Shown: in pieces, positions 18,455 to 27,722 of the stretch
Numbering within the stretch: position 1 is the stretch's first letter
Layout of the letters: each line of letters starts with the position of its first letter
Virus record (IMG/VR): IMGVR_UViG_3300024232_000327
Location: 1 to 56,607 of that record
Source: a virus
Taxonomy: Duplodnaviria; Caudoviricetes
DNA length: 56,607 nucleotides
Reading direction: 5' to 3' (one strand)
The notes under the pieces: generated by a model
Told to the model about the DNA's origin: nothing
Databases searched by the model: none
What the model saw: the letters and a program-made list of their open reading frames with translations, nothing else
Program-made: the position numbers and the translations under genes

Positions 18455-18533
18455 GTCCGGGCATGATGCAGAGCGGTTTCGAGGGTGCACCCATTACCGC
18501 CGAATGCCGGTTTGATTCCGGCAACGGACGCCA
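18455..18533 (+). ncRNA. tRNA-like RNA (non-canonical D and anticodon arms)
   Basis: GTCCG/CGGAC acceptor-like stem followed by GCCA; T-arm GCCGG-TTTGATT-CCGGC; GCGGT/ACCGC stem; 79 nt. Confidence 0.55.
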
Positions 18534-18551
18534 ACACTAAAGGAGCCGATC

Positions 18552-18734
18552 TTGCTCACCGGCAAACAGCGTTACCGGCAAATCAAGGTGAAGGCCAAGA
18601 TCATCGCTGATCGCCAGCTTCGTGAATTCATGGCGGGCACGCTCGACATCCTTCCCTGCCGTGGCGACCTTGAGGACGAGCTTATATGCCGAGAGTTCGA
18701 TCGGATGGCCACCGAACTGCGATCTGCAAAATAG
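18552..18734 (+). CDS. small hypothetical protein
   Basis: 60-aa ORF ending SAK* within the CTGCAAAATAGGAGC junction. Confidence 0.55.
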   Translation: MLTGKQRYRQIKVKAKIIADRQLREFMAGTLDILPCRGDLEDELICREFDRMATELRSAK

Positions 18735-18857
18735 GAGCGTCGGGTGCGCAATGAAAATGGTCGGCGGTAACGCGCGAGCGGGAAAGAGAACCAGACGGGA
18801 CGCGGCGTCAATCTTTGGAACCGCCCGCCGCGTTCCAATGGACTAGAGGAGCATCGA

Positions 18858-18989
18858 GTGGACCCGGACGCGACGCACAAGTGGTGGATATGGCGCGGCA
18901 TGGAATGTTGCGAGGTCTGCGGCATCGTCCGACGCGCCGACCGGAAAAATAGTCCATGCAAAGGTCCGACACGGATCGTCTGCAAATAA
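18858..18989 (+). CDS. small Cys-rich protein (43 aa)
   Basis: MDPDATHKWWIWRGMECCEVCGIVRRAD..NSPCKG...CK*. Confidence 0.55.
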   Translation: MDPDATHKWWIWRGMECCEVCGIVRRADRKNSPCKGPTRIVCK

Positions 18990-19000
18990 GGAGCGTTTGA

Positions 19001-19156
19001 ATGAGCTTTGAGTCGGTCATCTTTAGCATCATGGGCGTCGGCGCGATCTTCTTGACAGTCGGCGCTGGCTTGGCATGGGGGTGGCCCGCGTCTCTAGCCG
19101 CCGTCGGCGCGATGCTAATGTTCGGGCCGTGGTTTCTCTTAATGATGAACAGTTGA
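19001..19156 (+). CDS. small two-TM membrane protein (51 aa)
   Basis: MSFESVIFSIMGVGAIFLTVGAGLAWGWPASLAAVGAMLMFGPWFLLMMNS*. Confidence 0.55.
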   Translation: MSFESVIFSIMGVGAIFLTVGAGLAWGWPASLAAVGAMLMFGPWFLLMMNS

Positions 19157-19166
19157 GGAGGCTTGG

Positions 19167-19352
19167 ATGGAGAACGGGCCACGCGAGGAGATGCTGCGGG
19201 ACTTCACGGCTTACTGCTTGGCCAATCCGAGCGAGCGGTTCTGGCAAGCTTTGCGGAACTGGTCGGGCCATAACTTTATTCTGGTTAGCCCGTCCAAAGA
19301 CGATCTGAAGCAATCGCGGGATACGTTCTACTGGCACGGCAAGGACAAATAA
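19167..19352 (+). CDS. small hypothetical protein
   Basis: GGAGG RBS; F.AYC.ANP.ERFWQALRNWS...DTFYW. Confidence 0.6.
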   Translation: MENGPREEMLRDFTAYCLANPSERFWQALRNWSGHNFILVSPSKDDLKQSRDTFYWHGKDK

Positions 19353-19363
19353 AGGAGCCCTTA

Positions 19364-19906
19364 TTGATCCTCACGGCGATAGACACCGAGACGACAGGAT
19401 TGATCGAGTCGCACCTGATGCGTCTCGAGTTCCAGCCGCACGTGATCCAGTTCTGCGCCACGGTGTTCGACCTCGACCGCGGAACGGTTCTCGAGAACGT
19501 GGACCTCCTGATCCAGCCACCTAAGCTGAGCCTGGTGACGGAGGACATCACCAAGATCACTCGCATCACCCAGGAGATGCTGAGCGACAAGCCGAAGTTC
19601 GCGGAGGTGTCGAGAGAGATCTTCCAGGTGATCTGCGATCACCCCGCTGTCGTGGCTCACAACCTGTCATACGACAAGGCGATGATCGACCTCGAGGCCA
19701 GGCGTCTCGACACCCAGGTGAGATGGCCGCTGCGGCAGATCTGCACCGTCGAGCAGTCGGTTCACCTCCTGGGTTACAACACCAGTCTCACGGACCTCCA
19801 CGACAAGCTGTTCGGCTTCAAGTTCGAGGGCGCCCACTCGGCACGTGCCGACGTCGACGCGCTGGTGAAGTGCGCGATAGAGATGCGAAGGAGGGACATG
19901 CTGTGA
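19364..19906 (+). CDS. DnaQ-like DEDDh 3'-5' exonuclease
   Basis: DTETTG, VAHNLSYD and HSARADV motifs. Confidence 0.9.
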   Translation: MILTAIDTETTGLIESHLMRLEFQPHVIQFCATVFDLDRGTVLENVDLLIQPPKLSLVTEDITKITRITQEMLSDKPKFAEVSREIFQVICDHPAVVAHNLSYDKAMIDLEARRLDTQVRWPLRQICTVEQSVHLLGYNTSLTDLHDKLFGFKFEGAHSARADVDALVKCAIEMRRRDML

Positions 19907-20431
19907 CTACGATCACGATTCGCAGACCTGAGACTGCGATCAGCTACTTCGAAGAGCTGTGGTGCGAACTGATAGGAGAGCCACGGGTGAAGTGCAGGCT
20001 CGGTCAGAGACAGATCACGTTCTGTTACATCACAGCTCAGCTGACCTTCGCAGATCACGTCAAGTTCTTCGACGAGCCGTCTGGAGGAAACCTTCTTCAA
20101 ACGGCCTTCTTCCAGGAATCTCTGAAGCTTCAGAGAGGCGACATGCTCATTCTCGAAGTCCACTGGGAGAACTGGTGATGGCCGCCTGCATCAAGTGCGG
20201 TAAAGATGCTCATGAAGGCTCGGGCTCCTGTCCGGTGTATCACGGCCGTCTTCACGACGGGTTCTGCCCTGCGTTCGCCGACGGCGAGACCTGCCTCGAG
20301 ACGTGTACGCGCTTTCACGACTGGTGGATCACGGAGTGCGACAGGAACGACGCGCTGATGAAGAAGCTCTGGAGAGTTCCCAAGTGGATCAGGAGATGGT
20401 ACTCCCTGAACGACTTCTGGGAGACCAAGAG

Positions 20432-23395
20432 ATGATCAGCACCGGCTACTCGTTCCGCCACGCCGTCGGCAGCCTCGCCGAGGTGATCAGTCGCATCAAG
20501 GAGATCGGATGGTCCGAGGCTCCGGTGGCAGATAGACTCTCCACGTTCTCGTTCGTCAAGTGGGACCGCATGACCAAGGAGGCGGGTCTCAGGCCGGTCT
20601 ACGGCGTGAGCCTAGGAGTCGTCCCGGAGCGCGGCGTGAAGAAGCCGATCGTGGACTGGTGGAAGTTCTTCGCCAAGGACTCTCTCGAGCCGCTTCACGA
20701 CCTGCTGTACCGCGCCACCAGTCGAGAAGGCGACAGCTGGGTCACCTACGAGGAGATGATGACGGGTGGCTTCGACGGTCTGATCGCGATCACCGGAAGT
20801 CGCGTTCTCCTCGACAACATATCAGTTCACGAGGACCTCTACGTCGCGATGAGTCCTGCCACTCCGAAGGGACTGTGGGTCGAGGCCAAGGACCGCGGTC
20901 ACAGATTTGTAGCGATCAGCGACAACTGCTATCCGCGCAGAGACGACGAGCGGATGTACCTCGCCGCCCTGGGATGGAGGTCCTCGACCCAGACCTACCC
21001 GCGTCACATCATGGGCGACGCTGAGCTGCGGGAGGCGATCTGGTACTGCGGCTACGAGGACTTCTCCGTGGCCGTGAAGAACCGTCAGAAGATCTTGACG
21101 AGATGCCGCGCCGAGATGAAGAAGGCAGCGCTCCTGAGGCCGCCCCAGGAGAAGACGCTCCGCGAGATGTGCGTGGAAGGAGCCAAGAGACGCGGCTGCG
21201 ACCTCAGCGATCCTGTCTACGCGGAGCGACTCGAGAAGGAGCTCAGGATCATCGACGAGAAGAACTTCGCCGACTACTTCTTCGTCGTGGCTGACATCTT
21301 GCAGTGGGCGCGCCAACACATGATCTGCGGTCCGGGGCGGGGCAGCTCCTCTGGGAGTCTAGTCTGCTGGCTCCTCGAGATCACGGCCGTCGACCCGATC
21401 AAGTTCGACCTCGTGTTCGAGCGATTCATCGACATCACCAGAGCTGACTACCCGGACATCGACGTGGACCTCAGTGACGAGCGACGCGAGCTGGTGTTCG
21501 GGTATCTCAGGGAGAAGTACGGTCGCGAAAAGGTAGCGCGTCTCGCGACCGTAATTCTCTTCCAATCTAAGAGTGCTCTCAACCAGATCGGAGCAGCGAT
21601 CGGCGTCCCGAAGTGGATGGTCGAGGAGACAGTGAACAGCGTCATCACCAGGAGCAAGGGCGACTCTCGCGCCGACTACAAGGTGATGGACACGTTCACC
21701 ATGACGTCGGCTGGCCAGAAGCTCGCCGCTGAGTACCCGGAGATCGCGATCGCGGGACGCATCGAGGGTCACCCCGTCACCAGCAGTCAGCACGCCGCCG
21801 GTGTCGTCCTGACCAACGAACCGGTGCGAAAGTACGTGGGAGTGAGAGGCCACGACGACCTCGCCATGGTGGACTGGCAGGACGCCAAGGACATCGACCT
21901 CATCAAGATCGACATCCTGGGTCTCACCCAGCTCTCCACGTTCGAGCGCTGCCTCGAGATGGTCGGCATCAGGGAGCCTGGCAAGTTCCTCGAGGAGCTA
22001 CCGCTCGACGACCCAGGGGCGCTAGACGTTCTCAACCAGCGCAAGATGAGCGGAGTGTTCCAGTTCCAAGGTGCTACCACCAAGCAGGTGGTGCATCAGC
22101 TCGACAGGATCACCGAGTTCGAGGACATCGTCTCGATCACCGCGCTGTGTCGCCCCGGTCCTCTCGGTTCTGGCGGCACCCAGAGCTGGGTCAACCGCAA
22201 GAACGGCGTGGAGAAAGTAGAAGTGTTCCACGAGGCGTTCCTGCCGTACCTCGAGAAGACCATGGGCGTGATGGTCTACCAGGAGCAGGTGATGCGGATC
22301 TGCCGCGAGATCGGCGGCATGAGCTGGGGCGACGTGACCGCGCTGCGGAAGGCGATGGGCAAGAGCCTCGGCATGGAGTACTTCGACTCGTACCGCGACA
22401 AGTACCTCCCCGGGGCGATCGCTAAGGGCGTGCCCGAAGAGGCAGCCATGAAGATGTGGGACGGCATGTGCTCGTTCGGCATGTACGGCTTCAACAGGGC
22501 GCACGCCGTCGCCTACGGGCTGCTGACCTACTGGTGCTGCTGGCTCAAGGCTCATCACCCCGTGGAGTTCGCCGCAGCTACGCTCGACGCCGAGCACGAA
22601 CCGAACAAGCAGGTGGAGATCCTCCGCGAGTTGAAGGGCGAAGGCGTAGACTACAGGGCTGTCGACCCAGAGGTGTCGACGGATCGCTGGACTGTCAAGA
22701 CAGAGGGCAACCGCAAGGTCCTGGTGGGTCCTCTCACTCTCGTCAAGGGGGTAGGACCGGCCATGATGCAGAAGGTCGTCGCAGCCAGGAGCGGCGGCGC
22801 TCCGCTGACAGAGAAGATGAAGGAGCGTCTCTCCAAGCTGACGACCAGCATCGACTCGTTGTACCCGGTGAGTGACGCGACGGCCAAGCTGTGGCCGAAG
22901 CTCCTCGAGGAGGGAAAGGTGACCAAGCCCCTGGAGGAGGCGATGAAGCACGTCGTCGACGTGAGCAAGGTCTACGACGAAAGACGCGGTCAGAGCGCGA
23001 TGGTGATCGGAGTCCTGGTGAGGAACCACCCCCTCAACGAGAACGAGCCGGGCCGCGTGGCACGACGCGGCTACGCGATCAAGAAGGGCCCGCTTCAGGC
23101 TCTGAACTTTCATCTTCGCGACGACACGGGGGAGATCTTCTGCAAGCTGAGTCGTCATCAGTACTCCAAGTTCGGCGAGCGCCTGATCGCAGGGCGACCC
23201 GGAAAGTCGCTGTTCGTGATCATGGGCAAGATACCACCAGACTTTCGCATGCTCTGGGTCAACGACGTGAAGTATCTCGGAGAGATAGACGGAGAGGAGA
23301 GACATCGTGGAGATGAAGACGAGTCGCGACCAGATCGAAGCGTCCATCAAGAACACCTTCGAGAAGATCCTCAAGCTGTACCGGTCCAAGGCTGA
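20432..23395 (+). CDS. dnaE: DNA polymerase III alpha subunit (family C)
   Basis: GRGSSSGSLV, PDIDVD, HAAGVV, KIDILGL, GVFQF, RPGP, YQEQVM and FNRAHAVAY; probable ATG at 20432. Confidence 0.95.
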   Translation: MISTGYSFRHAVGSLAEVISRIKEIGWSEAPVADRLSTFSFVKWDRMTKEAGLRPVYGVSLGVVPERGVKKPIVDWWKFFAKDSLEPLHDLLYRATSREGDSWVTYEEMMTGGFDGLIAITGSRVLLDNISVHEDLYVAMSPATPKGLWVEAKDRGHRFVAISDNCYPRRDDERMYLAALGWRSSTQTYPRHIMGDAELREAIWYCGYEDFSVAVKNRQKILTRCRAEMKKAALLRPPQEKTLREMCVEGAKRRGCDLSDPVYAERLEKELRIIDEKNFADYFFVVADILQWARQHMICGPGRGSSSGSLVCWLLEITAVDPIKFDLVFERFIDITRADYPDIDVDLSDERRELVFGYLREKYGREKVARLATVILFQSKSALNQIGAAIGVPKWMVEETVNSVITRSKGDSRADYKVMDTFTMTSAGQKLAAEYPEIAIAGRIEGHPVTSSQHAAGVVLTNEPVRKYVGVRGHDDLAMVDWQDAKDIDLIKIDILGLTQLSTFERCLEMVGIREPGKFLEELPLDDPGALDVLNQRKMSGVFQFQGATTKQVVHQLDRITEFEDIVSITALCRPGPLGSGGTQSWVNRKNGVEKVEVFHEAFLPYLEKTMGVMVYQEQVMRICREIGGMSWGDVTALRKAMGKSLGMEYFDSYRDKYLPGAIAKGVPEEAAMKMWDGMCSFGMYGFNRAHAVAYGLLTYWCCWLKAHHPVEFAAATLDAEHEPNKQVEILRELKGEGVDYRAVDPEVSTDRWTVKTEGNRKVLVGPLTLVKGVGPAMMQKVVAARSGGAPLTEKMKERLSKLTTSIDSLYPVSDATAKLWPKLLEEGKVTKPLEEAMKHVVDVSKVYDERRGQSAMVIGVLVRNHPLNENEPGRVARRGYAIKKGPLQALNFHLRDDTGEIFCKLSRHQYSKFGERLIAGRPGKSLFVIMGKIPPDFRMLWVNDVKYLGEIDGEERHRGDEDESRPDRSVHQEHLREDPQAVPVQG

Positions 23396-23678
23396 GGAGT
23401 ACTCGGAGAGCAACGACGACGCTCTCAGCAACTTCACCAGGGACGCAGCGGACACCGGTCTGTCGCCCGAGATGGTGCTCCGCATCTTCGCCACCAAGCA
23501 CTGGCGAACGATCACCGACTACTGCGACGAGATCGGAGACTCCTCCGTGTCGCGCAAGCGGAGCGAGCCGCTGGAGAATCGTATCGACGACTTGATCACC
23601 TACCTCTGCATGCTCAAGTACATGGTGATCCTCCGGTCGACGGTCGGTGACTCTCCGCCGCCGGCGAAGGACGCGTGA
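23307..23678 (+). CDS. helical protein resembling nucleotide-modification-associated (DUF1599/Nmad1-like) domains
   Basis: K..EY....DALSNF...G......KH...EPLENRIDDLITYL. Confidence 0.45.
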   Translation: MEMKTSRDQIEASIKNTFEKILKLYRSKAEEYSESNDDALSNFTRDAADTGLSPEMVLRIFATKHWRTITDYCDEIGDSSVSRKRSEPLENRIDDLITYLCMLKYMVILRSTVGDSPPPAKDA

Positions 23679-23685
23679 CGCGACG

Positions 23686-24285
23686 ATGCCTCGAGGACCC
23701 AGGTCGCGACGCACCGAAGAGATGGCCGCTGAGGCCCACTCTCTGATGGAGACGGGGATGGACGCCTACAAGGCGGCGGCCATCCTCAAGATCGGCAAGT
23801 CAACTTTCTATCGCTACGGCTTCAACGTGAAGAGCGACGGCACCAAGTGGAAGCCACAAGGACGGAGGCGTACTGTCGTGACAGACGAGATGCTGAAGAT
23901 GGCTAAGGAGCTGTTCGACTCCGGGATGTCGAAGGCGAAGGTGGCGGAAGAGATGAAGATTCCCGAGTGGTCGCTTCGCAACAAGCTCAAGCGAAAGAAC
24001 TTCTCGATCGCCTTCTGGGTCGACGCCTACAGGACGATGACCGCTGCTGAAGCGTCTCGAGCTACAGGCAAGACGGAGATCGCCGTCTACCGGCTGTGGA
24101 ATCGCCTCCGCGACAAGGGGTTCATCACCGACTGGAAGATCCCTCCTGACAGGCGCCAGCCGAAGCCCGTAGCGAAGAAGCGAAGATTCAAGCTCATCCC
24201 CTACGCAGGGAAGGAGACGCGACACGACCAGCTCATGTTCGCTCGCCGCGAGAAGCGTCACGACGGCAGAGGGTCGCGGTCATGA
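23686..24285 (+). CDS. multi-HTH DNA-binding protein
   Basis: three HTH-like segments (AAAILKIGKSTFYR; VAEEMKIPEWSLR; ASRATGKTEIAVYR). Confidence 0.65.
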   Translation: MPRGPRSRRTEEMAAEAHSLMETGMDAYKAAAILKIGKSTFYRYGFNVKSDGTKWKPQGRRRTVVTDEMLKMAKELFDSGMSKAKVAEEMKIPEWSLRNKLKRKNFSIAFWVDAYRTMTAAEASRATGKTEIAVYRLWNRLRDKGFITDWKIPPDRRQPKPVAKKRRFKLIPYAGKETRHDQLMFARREKRHDGRGSRS

Positions 24286-24587
24286 GCAACTGTCCACGAG
24301 TGATGACCCGAGACGAGATGATCGAAGGTCTCAAGAGAGGAAAGACGCTGGCTGTGGACCGCAGGGACGCTCCAGAGCTGGAGGATCTCCTCGATCTCCA
24401 GGCGGAAGGTCTCGTGGAGTCGGAGCTGATCGAGGTCGACGAGCAGTACTCCGTTCTCAAGTTCAGGTGGAAGCGATGAGCTATATCTTCGCGATCTGGC
24501 TGGTCATGACCGCGGCATTCTTCTTGGGATTTCACACCGGTCACGACGTGGGTTATAGTCGCGGACGTCTCGAGACGATCCGATGGT

Positions 24588-25052
24588 ATGAGCGTAGACG
24601 CCGGTCTGAGGAGCCTGTTCCGGAAGCACCTGCCTCAGGTTGACTTCCTCGCCGTGGAGACCCCCTCCACGAGCCGCGGCGTGGCTGACATGAACTACTG
24701 CTTCGCAGGAGCAGAGGGGTGGATCGAGATGAAGCGAGCCGAGGGTCACAAGGTTCGCGTGTCACCAGAGCAGGTGGGGTGGGCGGAGCGGCGCCTCGAC
24801 CACGGCGGTCGCGTCCTGGTGGCGGTGCGAAAGGTCCTGGCTAGGAGTGACAGCCTGACCCTCCTCTGGGGCGATCAGCTCAGGTCCCTCCGGGACGAGC
24901 TGCCCTTGACTGAGGTTCCTGCGATCGGGACCTGGACCGGCGGTCCTGCCCGGTGGGACTGGAAGGCCGTCCTCCAGGCTATGACCTGCCTCTCACCCAG
25001 GAGAGGGACCTGCCAGGAGGTCCGTGGTGCCATGACGGGAGGTCGCCTGTAG
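24588..25052 (+). CDS. PD-(D/E)xK nuclease (VRR-NUC / Holliday junction resolvase-like)
   Basis: E.....GVADM......GWIEMK......SPEQVGW. Confidence 0.75.
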   Translation: MSVDAGLRSLFRKHLPQVDFLAVETPSTSRGVADMNYCFAGAEGWIEMKRAEGHKVRVSPEQVGWAERRLDHGGRVLVAVRKVLARSDSLTLLWGDQLRSLRDELPLTEVPAIGTWTGGPARWDWKAVLQAMTCLSPRRGTCQEVRGAMTGGRL

Positions 25053-25125
25053 GGCTACCCCCACGAATCTAGATTCGTGAACCTACAGGCGTCTCTGCGA
25101 CCTGTGGAACATAAGGGGTACAGCC

Positions 25126-25216
25126 TGTGACATTTATTCACACCTCCCTCCCCTCGAAAGATAGTTGGAAAAGAGTAAAAATAGTAGTTTACTTATTCTT
25201 TCCTCTAGGGTAGACT
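25126..25216 (+). promoter_or_regulatory. promoter repeat copy 1 (about 90 bp)
   Basis: TGTGACATTTATTCACAC; AGTAAA-N8-TTTACT-N17-TAGACT; near-identical to 28550-28643. Confidence 0.75.
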
Positions 25217-25253
25217 CTAATCACGATACAGACAGACTTCAGGGAGAACTCAG

Positions 25254-25421
25254 ATGACTCGGTATTCTACCTTCAAGTTCATGAAGATCTCAGGGAAGAT
25301 CTTCTGGGTAGTCCTGGTCAATGGCTGCTATGAGAACAGGAAGGGCGGAGTGAGCTCTAAGAAGTTCTCGAAGCTAGAAGCTGCTGAGAAGTATGCTGAG
25401 CATCTCAGGAATGCGAAGTAG
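25254..25421 (+). CDS. small basic protein (55 aa, not in ORF track)
   Basis: GGGAG RBS; MTRYSTFKFMKISGK...LRNAK*. Confidence 0.55.
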   Translation: MTRYSTFKFMKISGKIFWVVLVNGCYENRKGGVSSKKFSKLEAAEKYAEHLRNAK

Positions 25422-25451
25422 GGAAAATTGAGAACTTAGGGGAGAACTAAG

Positions 25452-26480
25452 ATGCCGCGTCGTATGGGAGAGCTCCGTCGCCTTCTCGCCGAGTGGAACA
25501 GCCTGGTCCCGCTGGCCCAGGAGCGAGGCATCCGTCACGTGGGTACGATGCGGGTTCAGGCTCGCGAGTACTTCCACATGGACCGGGTCGTGGCCCGCCA
25601 GCGGGTCGCCGATCTCCGCGCCCAGGTGGCTCCGTTCTTCGCGCCGAACATCTCTGCCCCGGTCGAGCAGCAGGCGAGCGACACCTTCGGCGTCGAGCTC
25701 GAGTGCTACATGCCCCGCGGCACCACTCGCTCGCAGCTCGCGCAGCTCATCCGCGACGCCGGCGTCCTGTGCCAGGAGGAGCACTACAATCACTCCACGC
25801 GCACTCACTGGAAGGTCACGACGGACGGCTCGCTCGGCTACGATTACGGCGTCGAGATCGTGAGCCCACCTCTCTCCGGTGAAGCCGGCTTCGACGCTCT
25901 CCGCAAGGTGTGCCAGGTCTTAACCCGGCTCCGCTGCAAGGTGAACAAGAGCTGCGGCCTCCACGTCCACGTCGGCGCGCGCCACCGCAGCGTCGCGAAC
26001 CTCAAGAGCCTGGTCCGCGCCTACAAGCACTTTGAGCTCGTGATCGACTCGTTCCTCGCTCCCTCGCGTCGCGGCAACAGCAATCAATTCTGTCAGTCGT
26101 CACACATCTCGAACGAGACGAACTTCGACGTCGCGACGACGGTCCGCGAGGTGGGTCTCGCTTCCGGTCAGTACGGCTTCGACCACGCTCGCTCGTCAGG
26201 GCGCTATCGCAAGCTGAACCTGATGTCCTTCCCCGGGTACGGCACCGTCGAGTTCCGCCAGCACCAGGGCACGGTCGAGGGGCGGAAAGCAGAGATGTGG
26301 GTCAGGTTCTGCCTGCGGATGGTCGCATCTTCCTCGAGCATGACCCATCAGGAAGTTGTCATGCGGGATAACACCTTCGCAGGTTTCGCTTCGTTCCTGG
26401 GTCTGACCCAGGTGGAGCAAGACTACTTCAACGAGCGCCGCGAGGAGTTCGCGTCGCGAGAGCAGAGGAGAGCGGCATGA
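25452..26480 (+). CDS. putative amidoligase (COOH-NH2 ligase family)
   Basis: TFGVELEC, WKVTTDGS, EIVSPPL, SCGLHVHVG, RY.KLN and TVEFRQH. Confidence 0.85.
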   Translation: MPRRMGELRRLLAEWNSLVPLAQERGIRHVGTMRVQAREYFHMDRVVARQRVADLRAQVAPFFAPNISAPVEQQASDTFGVELECYMPRGTTRSQLAQLIRDAGVLCQEEHYNHSTRTHWKVTTDGSLGYDYGVEIVSPPLSGEAGFDALRKVCQVLTRLRCKVNKSCGLHVHVGARHRSVANLKSLVRAYKHFELVIDSFLAPSRRGNSNQFCQSSHISNETNFDVATTVREVGLASGQYGFDHARSSGRYRKLNLMSFPGYGTVEFRQHQGTVEGRKAEMWVRFCLRMVASSSSMTHQEVVMRDNTFAGFASFLGLTQVEQDYFNERREEFASREQRRAA

Positions 26481-26731
26481 GGTACAGAGCAGCAGACGGC
26501 ACGCAGTACGAAGCTCAGGACGCGAGCGACCTGGTTCATCAGATGCACGAGTCTAGCTTCGCCAGGCGCGACAGCGACTTCGAGTTCACCGCCGAGATGG
26601 CAGACCGTATGGAGAAGACCTACGGCGGCAAGGTCCGCAGCTTCCCCCTCGAGGACTTCGTCGACGACCTGATGTCGATCGGCTTCCTCAAGGAGGGCGG
26701 CGAGAGCAAAGTGGAGAAGCGACGTGGCTAA
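26477..26731 (+). CDS. hypothetical protein
   Basis: ATGA overlap with the amidoligase stop. Confidence 0.6.
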   Translation: MRYRAADGTQYEAQDASDLVHQMHESSFARRDSDFEFTAEMADRMEKTYGGKVRSFPLEDFVDDLMSIGFLKEGGESKVEKRRG

Positions 26732-27362
26732 GAAGACCAAGAAGCAGCGCCTCAACGAGGAGCTCAAGGAGCTTCGCGAGAAGCGTCGCGTGCTAGAGGA
26801 CCTGAGGCAGAAGAAGCCTCAGGCTCCTGCCATCATCTCGATCTCGAGGTCGATCCACCGCACCCATCACCTGTACTGGGCCTACGGCTCGAACCTCAAC
26901 GTTGCAGAGATGCAGCGCCGCTGCCCGCAGGCCGTGAAGTACCAGAAGCTCTACGTCAACAACGGCCTGCTGGTGTTTCGCGACCGCGCCGACGTGATGA
27001 GCACCAAGAGCTCGGACGACTTCGTGGCCGGCGGTCTGTGGTGGATCACCGACGCGTGCGAGAAGACGCTCGACAGATACGAGGGAGCTCCGCGTCACTA
27101 CGCGAAGCGATACCTGACCCTGAGGATCAGCGGAGTGGTGAGGACCTGCCTGTTCTACAAGATGAACGACCGCGGTATCATGCCGCCGGACGAGGCGTAC
27201 CTCGACAGGATCGCCAAGGGCTACCACGACTTCGACCTCGACCTGACGTTGCTCAGCATGGCCGTCGCTCGGAGCCACGAGGACAAGCAGCGCACGCCGT
27301 ACCTCCGCGAGAGCTGGGAGCGACGTGGCAAGCTCGCTCGCGCCAAGATCATCCTGGGTTAG
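26724..27362 (+). CDS. gamma-glutamylcyclotransferase-like protein
   Basis: YWAYGSNLN...RCP...G.LW....LDRYEG...Y. Confidence 0.85.
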   Translation: MAKKTKKQRLNEELKELREKRRVLEDLRQKKPQAPAIISISRSIHRTHHLYWAYGSNLNVAEMQRRCPQAVKYQKLYVNNGLLVFRDRADVMSTKSSDDFVAGGLWWITDACEKTLDRYEGAPRHYAKRYLTLRISGVVRTCLFYKMNDRGIMPPDEAYLDRIAKGYHDFDLDLTLLSMAVARSHEDKQRTPYLRESWERRGKLARAKIILG

Positions 27363-27374
27363 AGGAGATCTGAC

Positions 27375-27722
27375 ATGACGCCGCAGAGTTGCCTTCACCA
27401 GATCTACCTGACCCACGTCGCACTGTATCGCCTCCACCAGGTCGAGGAGAAGGTCAAGGGAAGCCACGAGATCCAGCGTCTCGTGGTCGATGCCTACGAC
27501 GCGGTCGAGAGACTCCGCGTGCTCCTCGAGGCCGAGCGACAGGCAGAGACTGCGGCTGGCTGCACCATCGAGGTCCAGATCGAGAACTGCATGACGGGGG
27601 AAGTCACACGGCTGACGACTGGGGAGGAACACGACTATGACATGGCTCTGTTCGAAGCAGCCATCATAAAGGAGTTTCGCCTGGCGTTTCAGGAGCCGCT
27701 CCGCTCGGGAGGTGAGTCGTGA
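27375..27722 (+). CDS. hypothetical protein
   Basis: GAGGAG RBS; lies within the operon. Confidence 0.55.
   Translation: MTPQSCLHQIYLTHVALYRLHQVEEKVKGSHEIQRLVVDAYDAVERLRVLLEAERQAETAAGCTIEVQIENCMTGEVTRLTTGEEHDYDMALFEAAIIKEFRLAFQEPLRSGGES

Larger units (their letters stand above)
16814..19363 (+). repeat. array of mini-cassettes separated by a conserved (TGC)AAW-stop-(A)GGAGC junction
   Basis: GGAGC at 16952, 16983, 17182, 17515, 17631, 17727, 17892, 18241, 18313, 18445, 18542, 18734, 18848, 18990 and 19354, most preceded by an A-rich stop context. Confidence 0.75.

Noticed and set aside
18455-18533. Canonical tRNA gene
   Set aside because: No standard D-arm or 7-nt anticodon loop, and the T-loop reads TTTGA; reported as tRNA-like only
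16814-19363. CRISPR array or classical integron
   Set aside because: The repeats are short, degenerate and irregularly spaced; there are no cas genes, attC palindromes or tyrosine recombinase
20432-23395. Intein or intron in dnaE
   Set aside because: Motif spacing and length look normal, and no splice motifs were seen
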